Source: Octopus vulgaris
Lineage: Eukaryota
Assembly (NCBI GenBank): GCA_951406725.2
Contig: OX597817.1
Coordinates: forward strand, 118,234,001-118,298,000
Reading direction: 5' to 3'
DNA: 64,000 nt
Shown here piece by piece: positions 39,111 to 53,965 of this stretch. The position numbers and the translations under genes were made by a program. The notes beneath the pieces are model-generated. The model was given only the letters and a program-made list of their open reading frames with translations, made no database searches and was not told the origin of the DNA. Within the stretch, counting starts at the first letter, position 1. Every line of letters starts with the position of its first letter.

Positions 39111-39991
39111 ATGGTGGGTAGCATGGATGTGGTATCCCTATACCCATCGGTCGACGTAGATTTTGCGGTGGAGAAGTGCGTGGAGATGATCAACGAGAGC
39201 CAGGTGGAGTTCCGTAATGTCAACACAGAAGAACTGGGCCTCCTACTTAGACTGACATGTAATAATGAATACTTAGATAAGCATAATCTTAGTAGTTTCT
39301 GCCCCAGTAGATGTTTAAGAGGTAGACCGCCCATAATTACTTCTATGGCTAGGAAGACACATATAGAAAGATGTCGCGGATGGACCAGAGCCATACGGAG
39401 CCTCCCAAATGTCCATCAGGTAAAGAAAATGATCGCACATGCACTAGGAGCTAGTATAAGAGTTACCCTAAAAGGCCACACGTTTAAGTTTAATAATAAA
39501 ATATATGCCCAGGACGAGGGGGCAGCCATCGGCATTAGTATCGCTGGTGATGTGGCCAACCTTTTCATGGTATGGTGGGACAGAAGGCTTATAGAACGCC
39601 TAACACAGAACTCCATACTCGTAAACATGTACTCTCGCTATGTCGATGATATCAACATAGTGGTAAAGGCACCATCACAAGAGAGTAATGTTGGTATAGT
39701 AATAGAAACTAATACTATGGAGAGCATCCAGCAAATAGCTAACTCCATCCACCAGAATATTAAGGTCACAATAGACTACCCCACTAAACACCCCAACCAT
39801 AGACTACCAGTACTAGACACAGAACTCTGGCTAGAAATTGTGAATGGTAAAACCCAAATCCTTCATTCATACTATGCCAAACCTATGGCCTCAAAATACT
39901 TGATCCACCGGAACTCAGCCATTACGGACAATGCCAAATTCAATATTTTGATGGAAGACCTCGTCAGAATAATGAGAAATGTGTCACGCAT
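39111..39991 (+). pseudogene. Penelope-like RT segment, inverted relative to the adjacent copy
   Basis: GSMDVVSLYPSVD, FKFNNKIYAQDEGAAIG, YSRYVDDI; the open frame runs into (TA)n at 39991. Confidence 0.93.
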
Positions 39992-40306
39992 ATATATATA
40001 TATATATAATTAAAAACAAACCACCTTTTATCAATTCAAAATGATCAATTAAATTACACCATCTAGAAACTTACATATAATAGAAAACTTAAAATTGAAA
40101 TAACAATAAAATATCAAAGATTAAGTAAAATGCAAAAAATTATAAAAACGTATATAATAGATAAAAGGTGTTTTTTTTCTAATTTTCTATATATATATCA
40201 TACTGTGTGAAATTTGATTTAGTATTTCTAAATTGAATTTTTTTCCTTGTAAGTTTGGATTTTATTCCCTCAAATAATTATTATATATATATATATATAT
40301 ATATAT

Positions 40307-40750
40307 AGGGTGGCCGAAAAGTCACTGAGGGGTTTCAATATTTGATAATCCTTTTATTTTGTTTTTACATTTTCTTTCTTTTCAGGGATTTTATGGACTA
40401 GATCTTACAAATTAATTATGGAAAATATGACACCGCGCAATGCACCCAAGTGGTGAAATTGTTCTATCAAAATCACTTATTCAAACCCAGAAACCACCGA
40501 AGAGAATATCATTCCATAAAGTGTTGAGTACGGAGTGCAATTACGGTGGTTGGGATAATCGGGCCTTATTTCTTTGTGTATGATGATGGGAATGCTGTCA
40601 CTGTGACTGGTGAGCTGTACAGGTCCACGATCGAGGACTCTTCATACCCGGCCATTCATAACAGGCCCAATATGTGATTCTAGCAAGATGTGGCAACTTC
40701 TCAAACCGAAAGAGAAACAACACAGTTGCTGAGGCAATCTTTTAGAGAAA
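40307..40750 (+). mobile_element. Tc1/mariner-superfamily (rosa/maT-like) fragment with 5' TIR
   Basis: TIR tagggtggccgaaaagtcact resembles the reverse complement of 51961-51983; GIIGPYFF..VTVTGELYR..QDVATSQT. Confidence 0.75.
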
Positions 40751-40799
40751 GAGGCAGCGAGCTGACAGAAACAGTTTATTGCGGTCTTTTAGATCCCTT

Positions 40800-41640
40800 T
40801 CAAAAGGATTTCTAACCATTACTTGGCAGTTAGGGACAGGAATAAACGTATCAATACAGGGCTGAGTAAATTAATTTCGGATTTAAAAGACCACAATAAG
40901 CAGTTTAATTTAGATTGGTTGATTCTCTCAATCTCAATACCTTATGACAAAGGCAAAGAATTCTGTCTTCTCTTTAATTCTGAACTATTTTTCATTATTT
41001 TTTCTAAAAATCCACTAGTAAAAACGGTTATAAAGCGTGCACACCGATGTAAACATTGGCAAAAACACGCCTTTAGTTCATATAAGTCATCTCTATCATT
41101 ATATATAATTTAAACATAAATTTTTTTCATATTTCACAATTACTAAAAATATTTTTTCCTAGTATATAAGGTTTTATTTAATATAGATATAGTCATATAC
41201 TTCTAATTTATTTAGCTTTTCTTTAATTTATCCCTCCTCTTTCTATAGGCTACATCTGACGTTATATCATATAACGTTTTTTTCAAAGAATATTAATAGC
41301 GTTCAGTTAATCACCATACATATCCATCATTTTCTGTTAAAATGTCTTATTGAGGAATTTCATTTCTTCACTTCGCTGAAGAGAAGATTACATTGTTTTA
41401 CACCATTTTATTCCTTTGGAATAATATCAGTGATATCTTCGAAACATGTGTCGGAAGTAAAAGTATTTGAATTACACCTGCGTTAAACTCCATTTATTTA
41501 TTTATACATTATGCAAAAATTTAACGTAAACCCGAAGTTTCTACCTTTAAAAACAAGGAGTTACAACCTTTTTACTTGTGTGATTTTTTGCTACCCTGGT
41601 AACTATCTATTTTTCCGTGTTAATTTTTAACAAGGGAAAA
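40800..41640 (+). mobile_element. Penelope-like 3' fragment (endonuclease C-terminus, UTR, pLTR)
   Basis: TGLSKLISDLK..FNLDW.I..PY..G..FCLL..E..I..CKH resembles PLE C-termini; followed by an HHR at 41370. Confidence 0.7.
41370..41458 (+). ncRNA. Type I hammerhead ribozyme with intact core
   Basis: acttcg-CTGAAGA-gaagat...atcttc-GAAAC-atgt-GTC-ggaagt. Stem II is 6 bp; stem I acttc/gaagt has a G-G mismatch at the closing pair. Confidence 0.8.
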
Positions 41641-41700
41641 TACACACATCTATCTATCTAACTATCTATCTATCTATCTATCTATCTATCTCTCTCTCTC

Positions 41701-41736
<36 letters not shown>

Positions 41737-41796
41737 TATTACGGAGATGTACTTGCAAAGCAAGTGACCTGATCTGAGATCAGGTGCTGGAACGAA

Positions 41797-42088
41797 AACA
41801 ATTGCAGCGTGGAAGGTGTTTATAAGCAATTTAAGAAACACACAAAAACCGTTAAATTCACTTCAACAGTTAAATTTAATTTGTCAAAATATTTTCGTCG
41901 CTTTGAGACCGCGACCTGTTCACTGACAAAATTCTGTGCTGCATCTCGCAGAATTTTGTCAGTGAACAGATCGCGGTCTCAAAGCGACGAAAATATTTTG
42001 ACAAATTAAATTTAAATATTGAAGTGAATTTAACGGTTTTTGTGTGTTTCTTAAATGGCTTATAAACACCTTCCACGCTGCAATTGTT
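41797..42088. repeat. 292-bp near-perfect palindrome
   Basis: Arms 41797-41938 and 41947-42088 with about 5 mismatches and an 8-nt loop; ends directly in (TA)n. Confidence 0.97.
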
Positions 42089-42120
42089 ATATATATATAT
42101 ATATATATATACATATATAT

Positions 42121-42270
42121 ACGACGGGCTTCTCTACCATATCCACTCATATGGTTTTGGTCGGACCGAGGCTATAGGAAAAGTCAGTTGCTTAAAGTAC
42201 CACGCAGTAGGACTAAACCCCAAACCATGTGGTTGGGAAACAAGTTTCTTACCACACAACCAAGCCTGGA
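42121..42270 (-). mobile_element. CORE-type SINE, 5' half
   Basis: Reverse complement matches the 53482 family head. Similar remnants lie at 26750-26875, 55250-55600 and 60080-60150. Confidence 0.8.
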
Positions 42271-44283
42271 CATTTAGAGCGTAGGTCATTGTGGATTTGT
42301 ATATTACCAAAAATTTCAGCTCTGAAGAATAAGGTGATGTGAAGTAGCACTTTCATAGAAAATAACAAAAGGCATTTAGTAACCTTTCTACATACCTATT
42401 TTTTGATAATTGTCTCTTATACAGAGCACCAGCCTTGTAAATATGTAACCGAGACTATGAACAGTCTTAGAGCAGTAACCATAAAACATTCCGCAGCTTT
42501 GCTGAAGGTTCCGCTCGTAAATAGTTGGGTGTATGGATATGGGAGCCTGTTTTGTTTGTATGTGTGTTTGTGTGTGTTTGTTTGTGTGTATGTGCGTGTG
42601 TGTATGTGTATCTATTAACTAAATATGATGAGGACATTATAGACATTACACGATCTGTAATTACATTTCTAATAATATATTCTACAAATAATATTGTCTG
42701 ACGGCAGATCTAATTTAAACAAATGCTTGCTGGAATGGGAACTAGTTATTTAATATTAATTCAAAAATTAAGTTTTAATTCCTTTCTCGAAAAAATATTA
42801 TACTATCCACACGATAAATCATGTAACTATATATTTAACATATGTTTGAGTGAAAATAAACCTTAGTGTATTTGACAGTTGGTACTTTCTAATATAAAGA
42901 TGTCACAGATATGTAAGCCGAAATAATTAAAAGATCGGGATAAGGCTTTATGATTAACCTTATCTTGAAATCAACAGTTGCTTGAAATCGGCAGTGGAAG
43001 TAGCAATACTATATATATAACCATATGGAAGGAGCAGTTAATGTTATCTTGTATGACAGCAGTTACTCCATAATAAATGAACATTCTCTCATATGTTATG
43101 GTATAGATACTATATACTAGGTAGGCGTAAGCTTTTTATAAGTACGTGATTCTTGCATGTACAAATGCGATATTTGATTTTGTATTGCTTCTAAACGTAA
43201 ACTACTCAGAACATGTTATATCACAATAGTTTCTGTGAACATACGGTGATTAAGTTATTCCTTATAAAATGCAATTTTCAGTAGATTTCCGCCTTAATAT
43301 TTATATTATTGGGCCTAATTTATCGGCAGTCTGAAAAGCAAATCTAGCGTCAGGAAATACCACAAAGATGTCTATTGCCCTAAAATACAAACTCTCAAGT
43401 AGAACATGATTATATATTTGATAATATTGAATTTGAAATGAACTGGCAAACTGGTTTGTAGTGTGATCGGTTTAATGCTTCAGCAGTATGAAGACTAAGT
43501 ACGCAAGAGACAAATATAATCAACATAACTGGAGCATACTGCGCTGCAACAATATATATAATGTACCTTGAACTTACTAGGAACATACTGCATCGTTGAA
43601 TGCTTTGCGTTCATTGATATCTTATTAATGCTCATAGTCATAAATAATAGCTGTTCTTAATAGTAAGTGACAGAGTATTACACAGACAGGTGTACAGTTA
43701 ACTTAATGTTCAGGGAGAATCAGCATGAATGTGAATGACATGTCTGGCCTTTTGAATTGCTGCTTTTGTTAATTCAAAATAGAGTCGAAAATTAATTATC
43801 AAGTATGAAATGTCTTCCCAATTTAAATATTGGAGAAATAATAGTGTGAGTATTTAGACGGCGGAAACAATAATTACATTCTTGATAAATGTGTTTTATA
43901 AATAAATTTTAATTTTTCCTTTTTAATAACATACATCAAGATCATATATTTTAAGACATAAATATGCTGTTGAAAGCTGATTAAATACTTGGCCGTTTGA
44001 GGATGAGCTTCACTTCTAGATATAACTTAAGTAGTTTATTTTTATTTTCTTGAATATGCTGCAAGAAAAGTAGTTGTAACTGCCATACCCTCACGGAAAG
44101 CAATGGAATAGTAGAACCGGTAGGGGTCAAGGCAAAATAGCTTATGGGATTTCTTTCACTCTCTGAGTTCAAATTTGCTGGAGCTTTTTTGCGATACATA
44201 GATAAAGAGCTAGTTAAATATTAGAATTGTTTTAATCCGTTACATCATTATTTCAAAATGTAATCCGCTATGCTTATAATATA

Positions 44284-44673
44284 TGGATGGAAGCACTCCG
44301 TCGGTTACGACGACGAGGGTTCCGGTTGATCCGAATCAACGGAACAGCCTGCTCGTGAAATTAACGTGTAAGTGGCTGAGCACTCCACAGACACGTGTAC
44401 CCTTAACGTAGTTCTCGAGTATATTCAGCGTGACACAGAGATTGACAAGGCCGGCCCTTTGAAATATAGGTACAACAGAAACAGGAAGTAAGAGTGAGAG
44501 AAAGTTGTGGTCAAAGAGTACAGCAGGGATCACCACCATCCCCTACCGGAGCCTCGTGGAGCTTTAGGTGTTTTCGTTCAATAAACACTCACAACGCCCG
44601 GTCTGGGAATCGAAACCGCGATCCTATAACCGCGAGTCCGCTGCCCTAACCACTGGGCCATTGCGCCTCCACA
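44284..44673 (-). mobile_element. Full-length young tRNA-derived SINE with 11-bp TSD
   Basis: Head gtggaggcgcaatggcccagtggttagggc..ggtttcgattccc (A and B boxes), (tcca)2 tail, TSD cttataatata at 44273-44283 and 44674-44684. Confidence 0.92.
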
Positions 44674-45683
44674 CTTATAATATAAAACATTATTTTAATA
44701 CGTAATATACACTATCAACAGAAAACTTTATACTTATGCTGTTATTAATATTAAGATGTTACGATCCAATGCTCACGACCAAATTCACACTCGTGTACTC
44801 ATGTTAGAAAGCCTATTATATCATCCTGGGAAACATTGTACTACATAAAAAATATTCCACGGTACACGTGATCGAGAGTAGCTTTCAATTATTACGCGAT
44901 GTTTGTTCATTTCAATTACTTATCGACAGGAAAGTGCATTTATTACTTTACCGTACGCATTGATATATTCACCATGCGCCAAATCACCAAAAACAGACAA
45001 GTTTTACTTTTTCTTGTAAGAATGAGGAGATCCCTTTTATAAAGAAGCATTAGAATATTTTATTCCATTATAATTTGCTTAATTCCAATATCACTAGAAT
45101 TGACTTTGCCTTTCATCTCACCGGGTATGAGAGATAAATTAACTATTCCACGTGCAAAAATTAATCCCCTAAATTTTTAAAGCTTTTCCTATGGGTAGAA
45201 ATCGATAATCTATTAGGTTACAGCAGAAGAGTGTTCATTACAATAGATGAAATGTCGTACACGATACTACCTATGTAATAACAGCGCAGACTTATTTTCT
45301 TCTTCATGGAAGGTTTTCATGTCAGTAAAATAGAGATAAATAGTTCAGGGAAAATGCTTTTAAATATGATACTGTAAATGTTAAGTTCCTGGTTAATGCT
45401 TTGTTATCTAAGTAAAATTCATCACACAAGCTTTAATTGATTACAATCAAAAGGTTCTATCTCAAGTTAAAATCTCTCTCTTACTCTCTCTCTCTTTCTC
45501 TTTCTCTCTATCCCCCATTTTCACACTCGAACATTGCAGTGATATTTATATATATATATATGTGTGTGCGTGTGTGCGCGCGCGCGAACGTGTGTGTTTA
45601 CATATCTACATACATATATATACATACATGTATATGCATATATATGTGTATGTGTGTGCATTTATATATATATATATATATAA

Positions 45684-47220
<1,537 letters not shown>

Positions 47221-47256
47221 CAGATAGACATATATATATATATATGTGTATAGATA

Positions 47257-47998
47257 TACATCTAATATAGAATAAATCTTTTCGAAAAAAATTCTATCAA
47301 TGGCCAGCATATTAAAAAATACCTTTAACGGTTACATTTATAAACAAGGGCAGAAAAAAAGTTCTAATGCCAAATATGCCGAAAAAAGACAAATCGTCAA
47401 TAACCATATAATTTATCACTATAAGCATGCGTTTCGAAGTAAGCCGACAGAAATTTCTAAAAAATTCCGTTTTTATCGTATCGGTCCCAAATTCAGAGTT
47501 AATTCATAAGAGTTTTCTCCTCGTCAGCGATAAATACAGTAAGAATTAAATGAAATACTTACTTATACCCATGGAAAAAGCAAACACTAAGTCATGACCA
47601 CATTTAAGTACACCAAAAATATCCAAAATAGATATTCTCCTGCACACCTCGAGGCACGTGCGATCGGACTGAGAACTCTCATAGAGTGAGAGAATCCGGA
47701 AGTGAACACTATTAAATTTACATCAAATATAGGATAAAATTTTTCGGAAAAAATTCTATCAATGGCCAGCATATAAAAAAATACCTTTAACGGTTAAATT
47801 TATAGACAACTTATAAACAAGGGCAGAAGAAAAAAAAATGTAATGCTAAATATGCCGAAAATAAGCAAATCCTCAATAACCGTATAATTTATCACTATAG
47901 TGCTTATAGTGATAAATTATACGGTTATTGTCGATTTGTCTATTTTCGGCATATTTGGCATTATAATTTTTTATTCTGCCCATGTTTATAAGTTTATA
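47257..47998. repeat. pLTR-like unit present as direct repeat plus terminal inversion, with HHR remnant
   Basis: 47257-47428 is repeated at 47719-47900, then inverted at 47901-47998. Minus strand atttatcg-CTGACGA...GAAAC-gcatgc..tgataaat spans 47411-47535. Confidence 0.8.
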
Positions 47999-48006
47999 TA
48001 TATATA

Positions 48007-48069
<63 letters not shown>

Positions 48070-48142
48070 GTATATGTATATATATATATTTATATGTATA
48101 CATATATATATCTGCATATATATATATATACATACACACACA

Positions 48143-48177
<35 letters not shown>

Positions 48178-48253
48178 GTGTGTGTGTGTATATATATATA
48201 TATATACACACACGTGTGTGTGTGTGTGTGTGTGTATAAATGCAATATGTGAG

Positions 48254-48316
48254 AATTATTCGGTAGCCAAGATAAAACTCCGAAACTCGGAGTGTTATCT
48301 TGGCTACCGAATAATT
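48254..48316. repeat. 63-bp near-perfect hairpin
   Basis: aattattcggtagccaagataaaactccga pairs with tcggagtgttatcttggctaccgaataatt. Confidence 0.92.
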
Positions 48317-48401
48317 GTTACATATTACATTTACAGATAATTTCCTCTATTTACATAATATCGAGGTCACTTTCTTTCTTTTGTTATCATACCGTTTTTA
48401 T

Positions 48402-48444
<43 letters not shown>

Positions 48445-48626
48445 TTTATATACATATGCACATATATATATATAAATATTTATTTATTTATTTATATATT
48501 TACTAAACAGATATATGTTTATGCATATATACATACATGGGTGTCAAACTAATACATTTTATGTGTACGTCCCTTTGACTGTTTTGGTTTTATCATTTGT
48601 AATTTTCAATTCTGGTGTTGCCTATA

Positions 48627-50810
48627 TATTGGGTAATCCCGTAAATAATGCTGTTTCGTCAATTCCATGAAATAAAAGACGGAGAGGAACGAGCTAAACT
48701 ACCTATATCAATTTAAAAGCAGGTAGTATTTTATCTTGACCTTATTGCAAGTCTTGAAGGGTGCAGTTCGATTTTAGCAGTTATCTTTTCGAAGCTGGAA
48801 TGGAAGAGAGGATTGAGCATATTCGGAATATTTTGTTTTATGAGTTCAACTGAGGCAAAAACGCAACGGAAAGGCGGGGAATCTTAATGCAGTATATGGG
48901 GATCAGACCATAAGCGTAAGCCAGTATCAATGGTAATTCCAGAAATTCTGAGCCAGAAACTACAGCTTAGAAGACGATATGCAGAACTGGAGGATATGCA
49001 GAACTGGAGGAGGGCATTCTGCAAACCATATTGGAAAGATATGCAGAACTGGAGGAGGGCATTCTGCAAACCATATTGGAACAAAATCCTATCGTAACTG
49101 TTGAGGAACTTGCAGAGATGCTTCGATTTGGTTATTCAACCATTCATCGACACCTGCGTGCCATGGGAAAAGTCAGCAAATTGGTTCCTCGCAAACTTTC
49201 TGTATCTAATCGCGCGCATAGAGTGAATATGTACTCTTCCTTGACGTCAGGTCTCACTAATGACTCTTTCTTGTACCGAAGAGTTACAGGTGACGAGTAA
49301 TGGGCTTTCTATTAAAATGTCAAGCGCAGAAGACAGTGGTTAGGGAATGGAGAATCATTGGCACTCACGGTAAAGAAGGTCTTCACCCATGCAAAGTGTT
49401 CTTAACTGTTTAGTGGGATATGAAATGTTTAGCCCACTTTGAAATTTTAAACCCAAAACAAAACGATAACAAATGAGATCTACTGCGAGCAGCTTGAGCG
49501 GCTTAAGTCAGCATTAGGATAAAAACGACCATCTTTGGTTTCAAGACGAAAGGTATTCTTCCATCAAGATAATGCTCAGCCACATACAGTGAAGATGACA
49601 TTTCAAAGGCTGGAGCAGTTTGAATGGGACATTACCTATTCTGATTATCATTTATTCTGCAGTCTTGCAAAAACCTGAATTCTGTAGAGAGGTCAGAACA
49701 GTACTGCAGAATTATTTTTTATCTTGCAAGTCTACCAGACAGATTATAGAGTATCGTAGAAAATGAAGGAAAGTATATCATATTGGGTTGCCAACTATGT
49801 TCCTGCCGTATTTTTTAAATTTTGGAATTTATTGCGCTTTTAAATTTTGGAATATATTTTTTTCGAAAATTCTATTTTAGAATCATTTTGGAATCTATTT
49901 TGCGTTTCCACTAGTTAATTTTAGCAAATTTTTGTTTATTTTCAAATCATTAAAATGGAATGACAAGTTAAGAAAAACAAGCATTTTCGACACCTCCTTC
50001 TTTTCACTTTTAATCAAGGTTCTGAAGCCGCAAATGCTGCTAGCGACATTTGTACTGTGTATGGAGAGGATGCCATAGCTGAAAAAACGGCTCGTGATTG
50101 GTACGCCAAGTTCAAAAATAGAGATTTTGACCTCAAAGACGCACCTCGTTCTGGCCATCCAGTTGAGTTCAATAAAGAGCGATTAAATCACCTTTTGCAC
50201 GAAAATTCTTGTCAAACGACAAGAGAACAAGTAGAGAAAATGGAATGCTCCCACACTGCTATAGAGAAGCATCTTCACTCGATAGAAAAGGTTCAGAAGT
50301 ATGGAGCATGGGTTCCGCATGCTTTAAGTGACAACAACGAAAATCAACGAGACGTCATCTCCACTGGTTTGCTTGCTCGTCACTGCTCAAATCATCGACA
50401 CAAGCATCAAATCCTTTACCGCATCGTTACTGGCAACGAAAAATGGTGCGTGTACATCAATATGAAGCGGCGTAAAAAATGTGAAACAAGATCTTCATCT
50501 GCGTAAAACGATGTTGTGCGCATGGTGGGACTGGGAATGGATTATCCATTAAGAATTGCTTAAACGGAACCAAACGGTCAACGCGGAACTCTATGTTCAA
50601 TAGATGGAACTACTCAACACGGCTATTCAAGAGAAAACACCTAATCGTCAGCATGGAATTCTTCTGCTGCACGACAACGCCCGCCCTGATATCTCCAATA
50701 TGGGAAGTGCTGCCACACCCACCGTACTCTCCTGATTTGGCACCAACGGATTCCCACCTCTTTCCATCGCTTTCAAATGCTATCCGCGTTAATTATGGGC
50801 TGACACAATA
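48627..50810 (+). mobile_element. Outer mariner element (decayed)
   Basis: TIRs tattgggtaatcccgtaa / ttatgggctgacacaata (14/18 match). Motifs TVEELAEML..STIHRHL, VTGDE, HQDNAQPH, and C-terminal ENEGKYI at ~49775. Confidence 0.8.
49780..50790 (+). mobile_element. Inner mariner inserted at a TA, 3'-deleted
   Basis: TIR tattgggttgccaactatgttcc; VYGEDAIAEKTARDWYAKFK, WVPHAL, IVTGNEKW, HDNARP, HPPYSPDLAPTD. Confidence 0.9.
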
Positions 50811-50972
50811 TAAATATGTATATATAGATATGTATGTATATATGTAAATATATATATATATATATAATTAATCAATATAGGGTGGCAAAAAAAAAATTTT
50901 GTAGAATTCTTTTTGCCACCAGCGGCCTAGTGGGAAAAAATTAAATAGTCATAGACCATTTTTAAGTTCAAC

Positions 50973-51166
50973 ATCAACAATCAAGGAACGGCCATAATAG
51001 GCCATTCACCCACTAGAAATAACAGCCAAAGCTTCAACCGCAAATTCTCAAGGTAAATGTTTTTTAAATTTTCTCCTGGTTTACGGAATTAATTTTTATT
51101 TGCGGTTGAAGCTTTGGCTGTTATTTCTAGTGGGTGAATGGCCTATTATGGCCGTTCCTTGATTGT

Positions 51167-51170
<4 letters not shown>
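50973..51170. repeat. Perfect 73-bp inverted repeat with a 52-bp spacer
   Basis: 50973-51045 is the reverse complement of 51098-51170; followed by (TA)n. Confidence 0.95.
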
Positions 51171-51228
<58 letters not shown>

Positions 51229-51338
51229 CTGTATACATATATAATATATATAAATATTTATACATATATATGTATATGCATATCTATATATACATATTTA
51301 TATAAAAATACATTTATATATACATATAATTATATATA

Positions 51339-52090
<752 letters not shown>

Positions 52091-52463
52091 CTGACAGACT
52101 GACAGTGACAGACTGAGAGTGACAGACAGAAAGACTGATAGATAGGTATATTAGATTAAACAATAAATATGGTATATGGCGGGTAGCTTACCAGTAAAGC
52201 ACGTTCAATTCCACAATGTTCGCGAAAGATGTAAGATACGAGAATGCTTATTAATCACTACAATTATTTCGTCTCATCTAGCACCGATACCTCAAGAATG
52301 GGATACTTAACAACTGGTTCAGGAGTATTTGACGAAATAGATGATTACAATACGCATCTCTTTAAAAGAAATGCAGCGTATGCCACATAAGCATATCAAA
52401 TAAATGTTCATGCAGAGAAAAATTCAAATGCCAATTCATGAATCACTGTATGAGTATGAATCT

Positions 52464-52550
<87 letters not shown>

Positions 52551-53448
52551 GTACCGTTGTACCGTACAAACAAAGAGAGGAATGTGCGTTTCCACTGGGA
52601 CAACAATTGAATCATTCAAGAATCGTTATCGCATTTATGTCGCCATCTTCAAGAAAATCAACGAGAGGCATTCAACATCTTTGAAAGATAAAATTATAAT
52701 CTAACTTGGTTCATAATAAGGCACGCACAACAATATAATATTCTTTCTTGGAGACTCTGCTCGGAGGAATCCCTGTCTATTTGCTGGACTAATGAGAAGA
52801 TCATTAATAGAATTTCTGAAAGACTCTCAAGATGCTTACAAGCTTATAAATACACTTTCGCATAATGCATTGGGAATGAATTTGAGTAACTGTCAACCAA
52901 GTTAATAATCATAATTTACCTTACGGTATGGATGTATTAAATTTAACTCTAACTTCCCCAGTCTTATAAACACTGAGTAGTTATGTATTTAATTCTTGTG
53001 TGAAGATTTGTGCGCCAAATCATGCATTTGCATATGCTAATATCTTCGTGAATGTTTGTACGAGCGAAGGAGCGTGCACCATACAACCTAAGCGAGGGCG
53101 TTTATACATCCATACCTGTTAACAGGTTATATTTAATAATTCTGTTATACTTAATAATTCTTACACCGTATTAGTTACTTTGTACGTCTGTTATTTATTA
53201 CTGATTTTATATAAAAATGAAGGTGTATCTTTAAATTTGCTGCTTTTGTATACACAAGGCGAGGAGTTATCTTCCGAAACAGACGTTATTTTCTCGAGTT
53301 GCATCTTGTAATCACCTGAAGAGATACATCAATACTGCCGGATACTACTAACCCACTTGTCCGTTATCACATCGTTGCTATATGGGTTGACACGATTTTA
53401 GTGATTAATAAACATTCTCTTACCTTCCACCTTCCGTATCTCTCCTTA

Positions 53449-53481
<33 letters not shown>

Positions 53482-53484
<3 letters not shown>

Positions 53485-53647
53485 CGCAGGAATGGCTGTG
53501 TGGTAAGTAGCTTGCTAACCAACCACATGGTTCCGGGTTCAGTCCCACTGCGTGGCACCTCGGGCAAGTGTCTTCTGCTATAGCCCCGGGCCGACCAATG
53601 CCTTGTGAGTGGATTTGGTAGACGGAAACTGAAAGAAGCCTGTCGTA

Positions 53648-53720
<73 letters not shown>

Positions 53721-53928
53721 TTGTGTGTCTGTGTTTGTCCCCCTAGCATTTCTTGACAACCGATGCTGGTGTGTTTACGTCCCCGTCACTTAGCGGTTCG
53801 GCAAAAGAGACCGATAGAATAAGTACTGGGCTTACAAAGAATAAGTCCCGGGGTCGATTTACTCGACTAAAGGCGGTGCTCCAGGAGGGCCGCAGTCAAA
53901 TGACTGAAACAAGTAAAAGAGTAAAAGA

Positions 53929-53929
<1 letters not shown>
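53482..53929 (+). mobile_element. Full-length CORE-type tRNA SINE with internal TA/TG microsatellite
   Basis: A box tggctgtgtggtaag, B box gggttcagtccc, CORE-like cacctcgggcaagtgtc, tail gtaaaagagtaaaaga; flanked by TA tracts. Confidence 0.92.

Positions 53930-53961
<32 letters not shown>

Positions 53962-53965
<4 letters not shown>

Noticed and set aside
38612-39991. A-to-I hyper-editing signature between the duplicated RT arms
   Set aside because: Differences include A/G in both directions plus C/T changes and transversions; no directional A>G bias.
39111-40013. 300-aa RT ORF as a functional standalone or domesticated reverse transcriptase
   Set aside because: Truncated at both ends, runs into (TA)n, and differs from its twin mostly by non-synonymous changes, consistent with neutral decay.
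41809-42076. Two near-identical 66-aa ORFs on opposite strands
   Set aside because: A consequence of the DNA palindrome; no domain signature.
44595-44673. tRNA gene
   Set aside because: The tRNA-like part is the head of a TSD-flanked SINE and lacks a proper acceptor stem; the same applies to 187-254 and 53482-53550.
48976-49081. CRISPR-like repeats
   Set aside because: Simple tandem duplications without unique spacers, inside a mariner in eukaryotic DNA.
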